Source: the human T2T-CHM13v2.0 reference genome, Homo sapiens
Length of the DNA stretch: 64,000 nt
Assembly (NCBI RefSeq): GCF_009914755.1
Contig: NC_060937.1
Reading direction: 5' to 3' (one strand)
In this document: piece after piece, positions 59,147 through 64,000 of the stretch
How positions within the stretch are numbered: the stretch's first letter is position 1
Layout: every line of letters begins with the position of its first letter
The notes under the pieces: generated by a model
Told to the model about the DNA's origin: nothing
What the model saw: the letters and a program-made list of their open reading frames with translations, nothing else
Databases searched by the model: none
Translations under genes and position numbers: made by a program

Positions 59147-59451
59147 TTTTTCTTTTTCTTTTTTTTAGAGACAGGGTCTCGCTCTGTCACCTAGGCTAGG
59201 GTACAGTGGCACAATTGTAGCTTACTGCAGCCACAAGCTCCTGGGCTCAAGTGATCCACCCACCTCAGCCTCCTGAGTAGCTGGGACTACAGCTGTGCAC
59301 TACCACGCTGTTTTTTTGTTTTTTTTTTTTCTGTAGAGATGGGGTCTCACTATGTTGCCTGGGCTGGTCTTGACTCCTGGCTTCAGGTGATCCTCCCACC
59401 TTGGTTCCACAAAGTGCTAGAATTATAGGCATAAACCACTATGCCCAGCCC
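59147..59451 (-). mobile_element. AluJ
   Basis: gagacagggtctcgc..gggctcaagtgatcc. Confidence 0.9.
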
Positions 59452-59759
59452 ATGGATGCTATTTTTAAGTGTGATGTTTTATTTATCTCTCTAAATATCT
59501 TTAAAAATGAATACTTCTTCCAAGGAGTCCCTGAATACTAATTTTGACCTTTCCATCATCGACTAAGATCATCTTTCCTTATCTAATCTTCATTTTTGTG
59601 TTAGTAATACTTGTAATTTTTATTGTCCTGATCTTTGCTCCACATTTTTCTCCTCATGACTGTAATTCATAGAATCATGCAATAAATCATTTATTCATTC
59701 TGCAAACACTTTTTGAGTACCTATTACCTGCCAAGCACTGGTCTAGATCTGGCTCATAA

Positions 59760-61935
<2,176 letters not shown>

Positions 61936-62249
61936 TCATAAGTAACTCATAAATCAGGGATAAAGAAAGATATATAATGAGAATGACATAAACAGTTTTG
62001 TGTTTAGAATAAAATAACTCTTAAGACTAAATACTCTTGTACAAAAAGAATAATAAACTTCAGAACCAAAGAAACCATTAGAAACTCCTCACGTATTAGA
62101 TTAGGCGAGAAATGGTAAAGGCTTAAACTAAGACAGTAGTACATACTCAATAAATACTCAGAAGGTGCAATTCAAAGATTCAGTAGTCTATTGGAAGCAT
62201 TGGCCAGGGATGTGAAGATGGAAGAGATATGGAATAAAGAAATAGACGA

Positions 62250-62400
62250 ATAGGTTCCATTAACTCTGTGATTTTAGATAAGTTACTTAGCCTTTGTGAA
62301 CTTCAGTTTCATCATCTATAAAATAGGATGGTTGTGAAGGCTAAAAGGATAACACATTTAAGTGCCTAGTAGATAGGAGGTAACTAATAAATGCTAATTT
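62250..62400 (+). mobile_element. MIR
   Basis: aagttacttagcctttgtgaacttcagtttcatcatctataaaatagg. Confidence 0.75.
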
Positions 62401-64000
62401 CTTTTTTTAAATATATCTACCTCTGACCAACGTATCTAGATTATGCAGTTTATTGGATGATCATGCTACTCACTGAAATGAAGAATAGGGAAAGCACAAA
62501 ACAATCTTTTAAATCTTTGGGTTTTTTTTTTAACTCCTGTGCTTCAGTAATAATACACATTAGACAGGTTCTATATAAGGAGCTGTTTGCATTTTTGTTT
62601 ATCTCTCTCAAACCAACTGTCCCAAGCATCTTAAAATTATTATCTGATTCCCAGAACATTCCCCTTAAATTGGGCAGTGTGCAAGGTCACTTTTTGCACT
62701 CTGGTTGGCTCCAGGCTATTCAATAAATTTGGAGTAAAGTGATAAAAATAATTTCAGTCTCCTAGCTCTCAAGCCAATGTTTTGTTATCAACTCTGAGAC
62801 CTTTTAAGAATTCTGTGAGAATCTTCTCCAAATGGCTCTAATTTGACAGATTTACAGCCATGTAAATATATATGTGCATTCATGATGACAGTTTAAATGT
62901 TGTAAGTAGAGTTTATGAAAGGAAAATTGAAAAAGGAATTTCAAATAGCCCCCTTTTCCCCATTAAGGCACTGACCGTTTTATAAAATCATGCTTGCATA
63001 GGCTAAGATTCACACTGCTATCAATACTAGGGAATGTAAGTTTTCGTGCAACTGCTGTTTCATATGGACTGTATATCTAACTTAACAAATCATAATGTAG
63101 GTTTTAAAGAATGAAACGAGCAATTTTAAAACCTATTCTAGTAACATTTTTAGAATAATCAGGATAATTTAACTCTTAATAAATAATGCAAGAGTTATGA
63201 TCTATGCATCAAATTTTAAAAGATGGTAATTATGTATGCAGATATTCCATTCTGATAGGATAAAAATCTATTGGTTTATAATATGTGAAAGCTCAGAATT
63301 TGGGATAATTCAGGCCTCCAGCCAGGGAGTGATGTGAGCAGTTAGTACAAGCATACCCTGGGCTCTTTCCTCTATGTCACACCCCACCCTCCCACACCAC
63401 CAAGAAATGGAATTTTCCACAGTGGTGTATTTGATTTGTTATATGTTTTGAATTATTTTCAAGAAGAACAGAAGCTATAAAAATTTCAAGTAGAATCATC
63501 TAGTTTTTTTCTCCTCATCCTTTTGCTGTGATACATATCCTGAGTCTTATTTCTTATCTTGTGAACTAGCCAAATATGTCAGCAAAATGTCACCTCCTAT
63601 AGAGAAAGTAACAAAGACATATTTTTTGGTACAATAAAAATGACAAAATACAAATGGAATTCTTATTATAATTCATTCTTACTCACATGGAGATATTTTT
63701 GTTCGGCAAAGTCCTGATAGCTAGAAGACACAGCTGTTCACTGGGTGATGCTTCAATCTATTTTAACATGTGATATTGTATTATTCAGAGATTTGACTCG
63801 AGAACAGCATAGGACTGCATTTCTAAGAGATGACACATGGACATGCACAGACACAGATAATAATTTTGCCTTGTAAAGCCTCATCTCATAAAAGGCCTGG
63901 CTCAGATGATAAGATTGCTCATGAAGTCCTGATGTAATTGACACAGGTGCCATCTAGGTGATCGCTGACTTCCCAGACTCATGGGCTTCACCACCTTCAG

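Noticed and set aside
63946-63961. CTCF-like cacctagatggcac on the minus strand
   Set aside because: Two mismatches at the conserved 5' core; too weak to call

Overview
Primate (human-like) repeat-rich genomic DNA with no intact protein-coding gene. It carries about 18 Alus plus L1, L2, MIR, hAT/mariner and ERV LTR relics. The clearest feature is a full-length processed EEF1D pseudogene at 51633-52569 (+), with a 5' TOP, poly(A) and TSDs. Its 133-aa ORF matches my memory of EEF1DP3 (13q13.1, between RXFP2 and FRY). The main hidden signal is a chain of short + strand translations from about 26.7 kb to 63.3 kb that follow ANKRD26/CCDC144-family protein in the correct order: ankyrin repeats, then coiled-coil, then C-terminus. 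This points to a heavily decayed, near full-length, mostly intron-containing ANKRD26-like gene with the EEF1D retrocopy inserted inside it. These comparisons use remembered protein sequences aligned by eye and need tblastn/GeneWise confirmation. Also seen: a 43-bp G:U-rich hairpin, a strong CTCF site, a CpG-enriched enhancer-like segment and some unusual Alu structures. Repeat boundaries and subfamilies are approximate.
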